Below, piece by piece: positions 36,944 to 47,900 of a stretch of DNA of 64,000 nucleotides (position 1 is the stretch's first letter; every line of letters starts with the position of its first letter). A program made the position numbers and the translations under genes. A model generated the notes under the pieces. That model saw only the letters and a program-made list of their open reading frames with translations, searched no databases and was not told the DNA's origin. The stretch is from Pyrinomonadaceae bacterium (GTDB lineage: Bacteria > Acidobacteriota > Blastocatellia > Pyrinomonadales > Pyrinomonadaceae). The DNA is taken from assembly GCA_019694345.1 (NCBI GenBank), contig JAIBCA010000169.1, positions 7,736 to 71,735 of the forward strand. The letters run 5' to 3'.

Positions 36944-39394
36944 ATGGATATGTCTCAGCAAATGGTCCAATTGGGCAGAAGAAGGCCCAGCGAGGAAATA
37001 GTCGAACCGCACGTCGATCCTGTTTGCAAGATGCTGGTGCTTCCCGAGTCTGCGGCCGGCAAGTTTGACTACCTGGGGACGACGTACTATTTCTGCGCGA
37101 TCGGATGCCGCGATCGGTTTGCGGCAAACCCCGAGAAATACCTAAGGCCCCAAGATCCGGTCGACCTGCCGCAAGATGTCGAATACACCTGTCCCATGGA
37201 TCCCGAGATCGTGCAGATCGGCCCCGGCGTCTGTCCGAAATGCGGCATGGCACTTGAACCGAAAGAGATCACACTCGATGACCGGCCTGACCCGGAGTTT
37301 CTTGACATGAAACGGCGGTTCACGATCTCGGCGATCTTGACCCTGCCGGTTTTTGTTTTGGCAATGGCTGAGATGTTCGTGGACCTAAATTTACTATTCT
37401 CTGACTTGCCCCACGGTCGTGCCTCGGCTATATCCCTTTGGGTACAGTTCATTCTGGCGACCCCGGTTGTATTGTGGGGAGGCTGGCCATTTTTCCAACG
37501 AGCATGGGTTTCCGTTAAGAATATCAGTCCGAATATGTTCACGCTGATCGCGATCGGCACGGGCTCGGCGTATCTGTTAAGCCTCGCGGCCCTGATAATG
37601 CCGGGCTGGTTCCCTGCCGCAATGCGTGACGCACACACCGGGCTGATCCCGGGCTATTTCGAATCAGCCGCGGTGATCACAACTCTTGTCCTGCTCGGAC
37701 AGGTTTTAGAACTTCGTGCCCGATCCCAGACCTCATCCGCGATCAAAGAGCTGCTAAGGCTTGCGCCCGAGACCGCGACCATAGTTCATGAAGACCGACC
37801 CGACGAGTTGGTCGATCTGCGTCACGTTCACGTTGGCCAAAGACTGAGAGTCAAGGCCAACGAAAAGGTCCCGACCGACGGCGAGATCGTCGACGGCGAT
37901 ACATCCATCGACGAGTCGATGGTCACAGGCGAATCGATGCCCGTCGAAAAACACGCCGGCGACAGGGTGATCGGCGGGACGATCAATGGAAATCGATCAT
38001 TCACGATGCGTGCGACAAAGGTCGGAACCGAAACACTTCTCGCTCAGATAGTCAAAATGGTCGGCGAGGCTCAACGCAGCCGGGCTCCGATCCAGCGTCT
38101 TGCGGATGTCGTCTCGGCGTACTTTGTTCCTACCGTGATAATCGTCGCAATGATCGCGTTTGCGGTCTGGCTGGTGCTCGGGAGCTTCGCGTCGGCAGTC
38201 GTGGCTGCGGTCTCGGTGCTTATCATCGCCTGCCCATGTGCTCTTGGGCTCGCCACACCGATGTCGATAATGGTCGGCACCGGCCACGGCGCAAAGAATG
38301 GCGTACTGATCAAGAAGGCTGAAGCTCTGGAAACACTTGAGAAAGTAAATGCGATCGTCGTGGATAAGACGGGCACATTGACTGAGGGAAAGCCAACGAT
38401 CCACGAGATTCTGCTCGCAAACGGTCCCGACAAGCCCCTCGGCTGGGGCGGCTATTTCTCAATGGGAGCACAGCTGCGGATCGACGAGGACTATGAAACG
38501 CCAGTTTCGCCCGATGGATATACCCAAGACGAACTTCTCGGGATGGCCGCCAGCGTCGAATCTCATAGCGAACATCCGCTCGCTGCAGCGATCGTCGCTG
38601 AGGCTGCGCGAAGGAGGGTAACGATCGCTGAGGCCATAGACTTTGAGTCCGTGACGGCCAAAGGGGTGAACGCCATCGTCAGTGATCGACGGGTCACTGT
38701 TGGAAATGAGTCATTCCTGCCAGTCGGATCGCCTGTTACGTCCAGGTTGCTCGACGCTGCGGAAGCCTTGCGCGGCCGAGGCCAAACGGTCGTGTTCGTT
38801 GTTATCGACGGTCAGCCGGCAGGCCTGATCAGTCTTTCGGACCTCGTAAAACCGTCAGCCAATGATGCGGTCGGACAGCTTAAGGGCCAAAACATCGAGG
38901 TCATCATGATGACCGGCGACAATCGCGCGACCGCTGACGCTGTTGCCCGTCAACTCGGCATCGACCATGTATTTGCCGAAGTCATGCCCGAAGACAAGGC
39001 GGCAAAGATCAAGGAATTACAGGCCCAAGGAAAGCGTGTTGCCATGGCCGGCGACGGCGTGAATGACGCACCGGCTTTGGCACAAGCGGATGTCGGTATT
39101 GCGTTCGCCAGCGGCACCGACGTCGCGATCGAGTCCGCCGACATAACGCTGCTCAAACCCGACCTCGACGGCATTCTCAAGGCGCGAAACCTTAGCCGCG
39201 TAACCATGAAGAACATACGCCAGAATTTGTTTTTTGCTTTTGCCTACAACATGGTCGGAGTGCCGATCGCGGCGGGGGTGCTGTTCCCCGTTTTTGGCTT
39301 GCTTCTATCGCCGATGATCGCCAGTGCGGCGATGACATTCAGTTCGGTCTCGGTCATTACGAATGCGTTGAGATTGCGTAGCACAAAGCTCTGA
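36944..39394 (+). CDS. copA: Cu(I)/Ag(I)-translocating P1B-type ATPase
   Basis: TGES, CPC ([13 protein letters not shown]), [28 protein letters not shown], and the YN...P and M..SS transmembrane motifs. The N-terminus has a YHS/TRASH-like box (DPVCKMLV...[19 protein letters not shown]) and a YTCPMDPE...[10 protein letters not shown] box instead of a classical MxCxxC HMA domain. Confidence 0.9.
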   Translation: MDMSQQMVQLGRRRPSEEIVEPHVDPVCKMLVLPESAAGKFDYLGTTYYFCAIGCRDRFAANPEKYLRPQDPVDLPQDVEYTCPMDPEIVQIGPGVCPKCGMALEPKEITLDDRPDPEFLDMKRRFTISAILTLPVFVLAMAEMFVDLNLLFSDLPHGRASAISLWVQFILATPVVLWGGWPFFQRAWVSVKNISPNMFTLIAIGTGSAYLLSLAALIMPGWFPAAMRDAHTGLIPGYFESAAVITTLVLLGQVLELRARSQTSSAIKELLRLAPETATIVHEDRPDELVDLRHVHVGQRLRVKANEKVPTDGEIVDGDTSIDESMVTGESMPVEKHAGDRVIGGTINGNRSFTMRATKVGTETLLAQIVKMVGEAQRSRAPIQRLADVVSAYFVPTVIIVAMIAFAVWLVLGSFASAVVAAVSVLIIACPCALGLATPMSIMVGTGHGAKNGVLIKKAEALETLEKVNAIVVDKTGTLTEGKPTIHEILLANGPDKPLGWGGYFSMGAQLRIDEDYETPVSPDGYTQDELLGMAASVESHSEHPLAAAIVAEAARRRVTIAEAIDFESVTAKGVNAIVSDRRVTVGNESFLPVGSPVTSRLLDAAEALRGRGQTVVFVVIDGQPAGLISLSDLVKPSANDAVGQLKGQNIEVIMMTGDNRATADAVARQLGIDHVFAEVMPEDKAAKIKELQAQGKRVAMAGDGVNDAPALAQADVGIAFASGTDVAIESADITLLKPDLDGILKARNLSRVTMKNIRQNLFFAFAYNMVGVPIAAGVLFPVFGLLLSPMIASAAMTFSSVSVITNALRLRSTKL

Positions 39395-39495
39395 TCGATC
39401 GGGGCCCATTGAGGCAATTGATGTCTGTCCGCGATACCGAGAGATATATCGGCAGATCGCATCGACTTACGTGATGTTTGCGGTAAAATCATTGT

Positions 39496-40425
39496 ATGGG
39501 AAAGCCAGCACTAGCGGTCCACGGAGGGGCCGGAACGATCTTCAGGTCCGAGATGACGCCCGATCTCGAAGTCGAGTACCGAAAGGGTATTGAAAATGCC
39601 CTTCGAGCCGGGTGGGACGTATTGCGGGCACACGGATGTTCGCTGGACGCAGTTGATGCTGCGGTACGGCAACTTGAGGATTTTCCGCTCTTTAATGCAG
39701 GTCGTGGCTCCGTTTTTACCCACGAGGGCAAAAACGAGATGGATGCCGCGATAATGGACGGCCATTCGAAAAAGGCCGGAGCCGTCGCTTTCGTCCGCAA
39801 CGTCAAGAATCCGGTCGGACTCGCCCGCTTAGTGATGGAACGTACAGAGCATGTACTTTTGGCCGGCGAGGGGGCAATACTGTTTGCCGAAGAAATGGAA
39901 GTTGAACTCGCGGACAATGCGTATTTCTATACCGAACATAGATGGAAACAGCTTGAAGAGGCGATCGCCGCAGGTCGCGTCCAGCTTGATCACGCGGGAG
40001 CGGCTCATCCAAAACCGATCGGGACTGTCGGCGCGGTCGCCTGTGACGTCAATGGGCATCTTGCGGCCGCCACTTCCACCGGTGGTATGACCAACAAGAA
40101 ATTTGGCCGCGTCGGCGATACTCCGATCATTGGTGCCGGCACCTACGCCGACGAATTTTGCGCAGTTTCGTGCACCGGCCACGGCGAATATTTTATGACC
40201 AATGTCACAGCGTTCGACGTTGCCGCTAGGATCCGGTACAAGGGCCTCACGCTCGACGCTGCCGCGCAGGAATCCATCGACCATCTTACCCGCCTCGAAG
40301 GCGAAGGTGGCATGATAGCTGTCGATCCGCAAGGAAATATTGCTATGCCTTTCAACTCCGAGGGAATGTATCGCGGATCGGTCAATTCGAATGGCGAACT
40401 TGCGATCGCGATCTATGGCGAGTAG
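39496..40425 (+). CDS. iaaA: isoaspartyl peptidase / L-asparaginase (Ntn hydrolase)
   Basis: ALAVHGGAGT, NAGRGSVFT and the autoprocessing site GTVGAVACD. 309 aa. Confidence 0.85.
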   Translation: MGKPALAVHGGAGTIFRSEMTPDLEVEYRKGIENALRAGWDVLRAHGCSLDAVDAAVRQLEDFPLFNAGRGSVFTHEGKNEMDAAIMDGHSKKAGAVAFVRNVKNPVGLARLVMERTEHVLLAGEGAILFAEEMEVELADNAYFYTEHRWKQLEEAIAAGRVQLDHAGAAHPKPIGTVGAVACDVNGHLAAATSTGGMTNKKFGRVGDTPIIGAGTYADEFCAVSCTGHGEYFMTNVTAFDVAARIRYKGLTLDAAAQESIDHLTRLEGEGGMIAVDPQGNIAMPFNSEGMYRGSVNSNGELAIAIYGE

Positions 40426-40426
40426 T

Positions 40427-40454
40427 GAAAAGGCCCTCGTTCGAGGGCCTTTTC
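40427..40454. terminator. bidirectional terminator between iaaA and the crystallin gene
   Basis: Perfect GAAAAGGCCCTCG (40427-40439) / CGAGGGCCTTTTC (40442-40454) stem flanked by A- and T-runs, between convergent stops at 40425 and 40474. Confidence 0.8.
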
Positions 40455-40473
40455 ATCTAGTTGGATCGTGGGA

Positions 40474-40842
40474 TCATTTTGGCACGATCCTGAGTGATGA
40501 GATCTTGTCGTTCCATCCGTTCGAAACAAGTGTGCTGATGGTCGCGGGACCGGTGATGGTCCATGAGCCGCCTTTGTAGTTGATATCCTTGTAAACCACC
40601 AACTTCATTCCGCTGCCCACCTTAAATGAGGAGATCCGATCGTTCCAGTTAGGTGATCCGATCCCACCGGTGTTATAGCTTCTCAGATCCGGGATATCCC
40701 GGACGCCGTCCCAGCGGATGTAATTTCCGGCATAGTTTATGTCCTCGTAAACAAAAACCTGATTCGAGGTCTGTCCTGAAACTGCGACGCCCCCGATCAA
40801 AAATGCCCCGACAATAACCAAAATCGGTAAAAACTTCATCAT
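40474..40842 (-). CDS. secreted single-domain beta/gamma-crystallin protein
   Basis: GGAGGA upstream of the ATG at 40842. Signal peptide MMKFLPILVIVGAFLIGGVAVSGQ. Two Greek-key signatures: YEDINYAG...NDRISS and YKDINYKG...NDKISS (Y-x4-Y-x-G plus the N/D-N/D-x-x-S-S Ca-binding motif). Confidence 0.8.
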   Translation of the reverse strand: MMKFLPILVIVGAFLIGGVAVSGQTSNQVFVYEDINYAGNYIRWDGVRDIPDLRSYNTGGIGSPNWNDRISSFKVGSGMKLVVYKDINYKGGSWTITGPATISTLVSNGWNDKISSLRIVPK

Positions 40843-41017
40843 GGTCTTGTCCTCCAATACTAAAGGTCGAGGCCCGAAACGGCTCGTGGCCATGATGATC
40901 ATTATCGAACAACTTCAGGCTCACAAACCGTTCGCCTCAGTTTCAGCGTACTCCTGATGCGTAGTTGAGTCAACACACATTCCAGCCGCGATCACCGCGG
41001 TCGAACAGCTGCTTTGA

Positions 41018-43657
41018 CTATTGCGACGACCTTTCATTTACAAGGTCCCGATACTCCTGGACGTACGAGATATCTTTGGGCACAAGATCCGCAAGCGTCA
41101 CGACCAATTCGCCCTTCCTGCCGTGTTTGATCGCATGGTGGATCGCCGTTCGCCCGTCCGGAATGACTCGAACGGTCGGCGAGTTCGAACTCTGGGCAAT
41201 GCCTTCCTGTAGAAGCCGGTGCAGATCCTCCGGTTCCCGGCCGCGTAGGTAGTTGCCCGTCCGGATCACGATCCTGTCGAATGTATCGGCCGCGATCTTG
41301 CCAAATTCGCGAATATCATCGTCTCGGCGATCGCCCGTGCCGTTAAGCACAACTGTGCGGTACTTATTGGGCAATTTCAGGACAAAATCCGCCAAGCCTC
41401 GCAACCCGGCCGGATTGTGAGCGTAATCCATCAAGACCGTAACATCGCCGACCTCGACAAAGTTGAGTCGTCCCGGTGTTTGGGCCGTTCCGGCATTGAA
41501 TGTCGTCAGTCCGACACGCAGATCTTCGAGCGAAACGCCGTGGACAAAACAGGCTAGCGTGGCGGCAAGGACGTTCTGGATCATAAATTCAGCACGACCG
41601 CCATAAGTCAGAGGGATGTTCACCACCTTCTCGACGCGGACCTTCCATTTACCCTTAAGGATCGTCACGTAACCGTTTTCGTAAACGCATGAAACGCGTC
41701 CGCGCTCGGCCCGCCGCTTAATATTCGGGTGATTTTCGTCCATCGAGAAACAAACGACCTTTCCATCGACCATTTCCTTCATCGCGTAAACGAGTTCGTC
41801 CTCGGCGTTGAGGACCGCATAGCCCTTCTTTGAGACGGCCCGGGGCACGACCGATTTTACCCGCGCAAGATCCTCGAGCGTATTTACATCCTTGAGGCCC
41901 AAATGATCAGCAGCAACATTCATCACGACACCAATGTCGCAATAATCAAACCCGAGGCCCGAACGAATGATACCGCCGCGTGCGGTTTCAAGCACTGCCA
42001 CATCGACGGTCGGATCTTTCAGCACGAGCTGGGCCGAGACAGGCCCGGTATTATCGCCGGCCACGATCTGTTGGTTGCCGATGTAAGTTCCGTCAGTGGT
42101 TGTAAATCCGACGGTGCGGCCGCTGTTTTTGAGAATGTGAGCGATCAGCCGTGTGGTCGTCGTCTTGCCGTTCGTACCCGTTACAGAAAATATCGGAATC
42201 CTTGCAGGCGTCCCCGGCGGGAAAAGCATGTCGATCACGTGCTCTGCCACATTTCGGCCGATCCCCTCGCTCGGGGCGAGGTGCATCCGGAATCCCGGAG
42301 CGGCGTTCACCTCGATAATTCCGCCGCCGTTCTCCCGCAGCGGCTCGCTCACGTTGGGAGCGATGACGTCTATGCCGGCAACATCCAGCCCGATGATCTT
42401 TGCGATCCTCTCAAACAGGAACACATTCTCCGGGTGCACCTCGTCTGTGCAATCTATAGCCGTTCCGCCGGTTGAAATATTCGCAGTGGTCTTCAGATGC
42501 AGAACCTCTCCCTTCGGCAACACGCTGTCGATCTCGTATCCGGCCTTGCGGATGCAACGCAGCGTCTGACCGTCAACATCGATCTGGGTCAGTACGTTTT
42601 CGTGGCCGTAGCCACGACGCGGATCCTCGTTGGTCTTGTCGATCAACGACTGGATCGTTGATCTGCCGTTTCCCACGACATGTGCAGGCACTCGCTCGGC
42701 GACCGCAATAAGCCGGTTATTCACAACCAGGGCCCGAAAATCCGAGCCGATCAGCTGCTTTTCAACAATAATGTAGCGGGAGTACTCTTTGGCCTTTTCG
42801 AACGCTATCCGGGCGTCCTCTATAGAGTTGATCCCGACCGTCGCCCCTTTGCCATGATTACCGTCCAGCGGCTTGATAACGACCGGAAAACCGACGCTTT
42901 CGAGCGTATCCTCGAGATCGTCAATGTCACGGATCCGATAACCCTTTGGTACCGGCACGCCCATATCGCCAAGCAGCTTTTTGGTAGCATGCTTATTGCC
43001 TGCGATATCGACCGAGATCATATTTGTATTGACCGTCGTGGTCGCCTGGATGCGCTTTTGATAAACACCATACCCGAGTTGAACCAGTGACTGATCGTTC
43101 AATCGAATGTACGGGATATCCCGGTTTACTGCCTCCTCGACCAGCGAACCTGTCGACGGGCCGAAACGCACGTCCTCGCGGATCTCACGCATCTCCTGGA
43201 TCTCTTTCGCGAGTTCGTCTTTGATATCCTGCGCGGGCCTTCCCTCGGCTATGTCCAAAAACAGCCTGACCGCCGCACGCCCCGCGTATCTTCCGACCTC
43301 TTCCTCAAGATAGCTGAATACGACGTTGTAGATACCCTTGTCATCGGTCTCGCGGGTACGTCCGTACCCGGTATCCATCCCGGCAAGCGTTTGGAGTTCA
43401 AGGGCGAAGTGCTCAATAACGTGTCCAGCCCAAGTTCCCTCTTCGACCCGCCGCAAAAATCCGCCTTCTTCCTGATAGCTGCACCCGTGAGTCGCTATAG
43501 ACGGAAGCACATCCTTGAGCCGATCATAAAATCCGGGGATCTTGTCAGTCGGCTTTTCTTCATAATCGGCGATGTCCAATCGCATGATTATTAGCTTTTT
43601 CCAATAACCGGACCAATAATTAGGCCCGCGAAGTGTGCGGATCTCGAGTATTTCCAT
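41018..43657 (-). CDS. cphA: cyanophycin synthetase
   Basis: The N-terminus MEILEIRTLRGPNYWSGYWKKLIIMRLDI is characteristic of CphA. Followed by an ATP-grasp region, then a Mur-ligase-like domain (FSVTGTNGKTTTTRLIAHIL). ATG at 43657 gives 879 aa; the ORF track extends to 43762. Confidence 0.9.
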   Translation of the reverse strand: MEILEIRTLRGPNYWSGYWKKLIIMRLDIADYEEKPTDKIPGFYDRLKDVLPSIATHGCSYQEEGGFLRRVEEGTWAGHVIEHFALELQTLAGMDTGYGRTRETDDKGIYNVVFSYLEEEVGRYAGRAAVRLFLDIAEGRPAQDIKDELAKEIQEMREIREDVRFGPSTGSLVEEAVNRDIPYIRLNDQSLVQLGYGVYQKRIQATTTVNTNMISVDIAGNKHATKKLLGDMGVPVPKGYRIRDIDDLEDTLESVGFPVVIKPLDGNHGKGATVGINSIEDARIAFEKAKEYSRYIIVEKQLIGSDFRALVVNNRLIAVAERVPAHVVGNGRSTIQSLIDKTNEDPRRGYGHENVLTQIDVDGQTLRCIRKAGYEIDSVLPKGEVLHLKTTANISTGGTAIDCTDEVHPENVFLFERIAKIIGLDVAGIDVIAPNVSEPLRENGGGIIEVNAAPGFRMHLAPSEGIGRNVAEHVIDMLFPPGTPARIPIFSVTGTNGKTTTTRLIAHILKNSGRTVGFTTTDGTYIGNQQIVAGDNTGPVSAQLVLKDPTVDVAVLETARGGIIRSGLGFDYCDIGVVMNVAADHLGLKDVNTLEDLARVKSVVPRAVSKKGYAVLNAEDELVYAMKEMVDGKVVCFSMDENHPNIKRRAERGRVSCVYENGYVTILKGKWKVRVEKVVNIPLTYGGRAEFMIQNVLAATLACFVHGVSLEDLRVGLTTFNAGTAQTPGRLNFVEVGDVTVLMDYAHNPAGLRGLADFVLKLPNKYRTVVLNGTGDRRDDDIREFGKIAADTFDRIVIRTGNYLRGREPEDLHRLLQEGIAQSSNSPTVRVIPDGRTAIHHAIKHGRKGELVVTLADLVPKDISYVQEYRDLVNERSSQ

Positions 43658-43973
43658 AAGTTTGAACGATCGATGACAATCCGGTACAGATGCAGCGGCA
43701 CCTTCGCTTGAAAGTCCTATCCGCCAATCCACTGAAGGCCCACCCGACGAACGGGTCTGCATTACTGAAGAAACCGTAAAATATTTATATCAGATTTGAT
43801 CAAATTTTGTCTTCGCTTGACCAGCGAAAACCATTACCGACGATGCGAACGCGATCGTCGTCACGGTAACATCAAGATCCAAAAATCATGCGGTGGGATG
43901 TTGCGTACCGTTACCGACGTGAATTACCGATCCGTAAGCACGGAAGCAGTTCGCACTGAATTATTACAAAAAC

Positions 43974-44828
43974 CTACCCAAGGTCCGGGAGCAAAAATTC
44001 GATCGGCGGCTGCATGGGATGGCGTTCAAGATAGTTGTAAACGAGACCATCACGTAACACATGAAACTGTACGCCGCAGATGCTAAATGCTTCGTTATCA
44101 GCAACTTCTGCTATCTCATTGAAACTGATCTGTGAACCATCGACGATCGTTGTCGACCCCTGGCCGAATACCTCAAGTACTCCTTTACCATCGAGAATGA
44201 TGGCCGTATTTTCGTCGATCCCTATTCCAAGATTATACGGATTGTATGACACCGCCGTTATCAGACGGCTAATGCGTCCGCGCTCGCTGAAATGTTGGTC
44301 GATGATAATATTCTTTAGAAATCCAAGACCCGGGCTCAACTTTACCGCGTTCTTATGCGGATGAGAACTAGCATCGCCACGCACGATCATAGAGGTACTC
44401 ATCGCCGCGGCCCCGGCGCTGGTCCCGGCCATCACGACATTCGTCTCACGGACCAATTTCCGCAACCGCTCCGCAAGCTTGGTGCCGCCGAGCAAAGAAA
44501 CGAGTCGCATCTGGTCGCCGCCAGTCATAAAGACCCCTGTTACCCCATCCGTCAATCTCTCGACGTCGGCCTGGACAATATCCTGCCGTGAAGTGGCCCG
44601 GAGCACACGCGGATTTGAAACACCAAGGTTCCTAAATGCCTGAGTGTAAACGTCAGCGGCAAATTCCGGGAAATCCGACGCAACGGGTACGATCAGGATC
44701 TCGGCTTTTTCGCCTCCGGCGAGCTCCAGGAACTTTTTAAGGATCCGGCGCTCGTTGTACTTGTCCTCTGCTCCGCCAATGACGAGCAAGTGCCCGCCAA
44801 TTATTTCGCGGTCATGCGATTCGCTCAT
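43974..44828 (-). CDS. cphB: cyanophycinase (peptidase S51)
   Basis: LLVIGGAEDK, FMTGGDQMRL and AGTSAGAAAMS (nucleophile Ser context). 284 aa. Upstream of cphA on the same strand. Confidence 0.88.
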   Translation of the reverse strand: MSESHDREIIGGHLLVIGGAEDKYNERRILKKFLELAGGEKAEILIVPVASDFPEFAADVYTQAFRNLGVSNPRVLRATSRQDIVQADVERLTDGVTGVFMTGGDQMRLVSLLGGTKLAERLRKLVRETNVVMAGTSAGAAAMSTSMIVRGDASSHPHKNAVKLSPGLGFLKNIIIDQHFSERGRISRLITAVSYNPYNLGIGIDENTAIILDGKGVLEVFGQGSTTIVDGSQISFNEIAEVADNEAFSICGVQFHVLRDGLVYNYLERHPMQPPIEFLLPDLG

Positions 44829-44989
44829 TTGATTGATTAATTAAGACTAAATTCAAGAAAACTAAACACTAAGTTAGTTGAATGTCAGGTGCGGGTCAAG
44901 AAAAGCATGTAAATTGGGCACGCTTTCCTTCGCTCTTGCCGATCGGGAGTTGTCTAGTTCGGTCTCGATCGTCGATCCCCGGCGCCTCA

Positions 44990-47900
44990 CTAGGGCGACA
45001 CGCCGATGCCGGTGATAGCGTGTATCTCCTGCAAACTCCGGACGGTGACACTTTCCTGTGAGAGCCTTGTCCCGATCGCCTCGATAAGTGCCTCGGCCCC
45101 CGTGATCGTCGTCACGCACGGAACATTGAATTGCAATGCCGCCTTTCTGATGGCCTTTTCGTCAAAGTGCGACACCTTGCCAAGCGGAGTGTTGATGATC
45201 AGGGCGATCTCATCCTGACGAATAAGATCGGCAATATTTGGACGACCCTCATTGACCTTGAAAACGGTCTCGCATTCGAGCCCAACCTCGTGAAGGCGTT
45301 TAGCCGTGCCAAAGGTAGCTACGAGACTGAACCCTAGGTTGCTCAAACGCCTCGCAAGCAGCACCGCCTGGCCTTTGTCCGACTCATTTACTGAAATGAA
45401 GGCTTTGCCCGAAAGCGGCAGCCTCAACCCGGCCCCCTCCATCGCCTTGCCGTACGCCTCGCCAAAGGTTTCTCCGACGCCCATTACCTCACCCGTAGAG
45501 TGCATCTCCGGCCCAAGGATCGGGTCGACGCCGGCAAATTTTTTGAACGGGAACACCGGCGACTTAACAAATATCTTTGGAACCGGCAGTATCTCCGGCA
45601 GATCAAGATCCGCCAAACGAATATGACCTGCCATTACGAGCGAAGCGATCTTTGCTATCGGCACGCCGGTCGCCTTCGCGACGAACGGCACTGTCCTGGA
45701 CGCACGCGGATTGACCTCAAGAACGAACACACGATCATCCTTGACCGCGAACTGAATATTCATCAACCCCTTGACTTCCAGGGCATTAGCAAGCAGCTTT
45801 GTATAGTGCACGATCGTCTCGAGATGCTCCGCAGCTATCTTTTGAGCCGGCAGCACGCTGGACGAATCACCCGAGTGGATCCCGGCTTCCTCGATATGGC
45901 CCTGAATGCCCGCGATCACCACCGTCTCGCCATCGGCGAGCGCATCCACATCGATCTCAGCCGCACGCTCAAGAAACTTGTCGATCAAGATCGGCTTTTC
46001 AGGTGATGCATCTACGGCCGAACGCATATAATCGTCAAGCGACTGATCGTCATATACGATCGCCATTGCCCGCCCGCCCAAGACAAAGCTTGGACGCACA
46101 ACGATCGGATAACCAATAGCATTTGCAACACTTTTAGCTTCGTCAGCTGATGTAACGCTCGAATTATCCGGGCAAGGTATCTTGAGATCCGCAAGCAATG
46201 CCCCAAACCGCTCCCTGTCCTCGGCAAGGTCGATCGAATCCGGCGAGGTGCCGATGATCGGCACACCGGCGTTATGCAACCGATCCGCCAGATTCAGTGG
46301 CGTTTGCCCTCCAAACTGGACTATGACGCCCTCCGGGTTTTCGACATCAACGATGTTCATGACATCTTCAAAAGTCAACGGCTCGAAATAAAGGCGGTCG
46401 GAAGTATCATAATCTGTTGACACGGTCTCGGGATTGCAATTGACCATAATGGTCTCAAAATCCGCATCCCGAAGTGCAAAACTTGCGTGACAGCAACAAT
46501 AGTCGAACTCGATCCCCTGCCCGATGCGATTCGGGCCCGAGCCAAGTATCATTATCTTTCGCCGTTCAGTCGGCTCTGCCTCACACTCCTCTTCGTATGT
46601 CGAATACAAATACGGGGTATATGATTCGAACTCGGCCCCGCAGGTGTCGACCCGCTTGTAAACCGGCCGTATTCCCTGTGATTTCCTATAGTTACGAACA
46701 TCAACCTCAGGTGAATTGGTAAGAAACGAAAGACGTCGATCCGAAAGGCCAAACTCCTTAAGGTTCAACATCATATCGTCTGAGATGTCATCGAGCCTTA
46801 CAGCTCCCATTGCCTTCTGAAGGTCCATGACCTGTTTTAGCTGGTCGAGAAACCATGGATCTATCTTAGTGAGTCGGTGTATCTCTTCGGTGTCATAGCC
46901 GATCTGGACCGCGTAGGTCAAATACGAGAATCGCTGCGAGTTTGGCCGAGCCAGCTTCCGCTGAAGCTCAGCATCAGGTATATCCTGTAAACGCAATGGT
47001 TTAACAGATTCGAGTGAACGTAAACCTTTAAATAGTGATTCTTTGAATGTCCTCCCGATCGCCATCACCTCGCCGACCGACTTCATCTGTGTTCCCAATA
47101 CGTCTTCGGCCCCGGGAAACTTCTCGAACGCCCACTTCGGTATCTTTGTCACGACATAGTCGATCGTCGGTTCGAATGATGCCGGCGTCTTCCGTGTGAT
47201 GTCATTTGGTATCTCGTCGAGGGTGTAGCCGACAGCGAGTTTGGCGGCGATCTTTGCGATCGGGAATCCGGTGGCTTTCGATGCCAGGGCGGACGACCGC
47301 GATACACGCGGATTCATCTCGATTATCCGCACGTCGCCGTTCGCAGGGTTGATCGCGAACTGAATGTTTGAACCACCGGTTTCGACACCGACCTTTCGAA
47401 TACAGGCTATCGACATATCGCGCAGTCGCTGATATTCGACATCCGAAAGAGTCTGGGCCGGTGCGACGGTGATCGAGTCGCCTGTATGAACACCCATCGG
47501 GTCAAAGTTCTCGATCGAACATATGATGACCACGTTGTCATTCAGGTCACGCATTACCTCGAGTTCGTATTCTTTCCAGCCGAGGATCGATTCTTCCACC
47601 AGGATCTGTGAATTTGGCGACGCGGCAAGTCCGCCGCGGGCGATCTCTTCAAACTCCTCCGGATTATATGCCGTGCCCCCGCCGGTGCCGCCGAGTGTAA
47701 AGCTCGGCCTGATTATCGCGGGGTAACCGATCTCTTCGACGATCTGACGAGCCTCTTCCCATGTGTGGGCAAATCCCCCCTTGGCTGAGGGCACGCCTAT
47801 CTCGTCCATCGCCGCCTTAAAGAGTTCGCGATCCTCGCCGACCCTGATCGCGTTGATATTTGCCCCGATCAGCTTAACGCCGAACCGCTCCAGAATGCCC

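Noticed and set aside
43658-43762. A 35-codon N-terminal extension of cphA used by the ORF track (MQTRSSGGPSVDWRIGLSSEG...).
   Set aside because: CphA proteins begin with the M-x-I-L-x-I-x-x-L-R-G-P-N-Y-W motif, which starts at the ATG at 43657. The extension is low-complexity and atypical.
43796-44086. A 96-aa plus-strand ORF lying in the cphB-cphA spacer and overlapping the cphB 3' end.
   Set aside because: It is Arg/Cys-rich with no motifs, and it overlaps the well-supported cphB on the opposite strand. The spacer is more plausibly regulatory.
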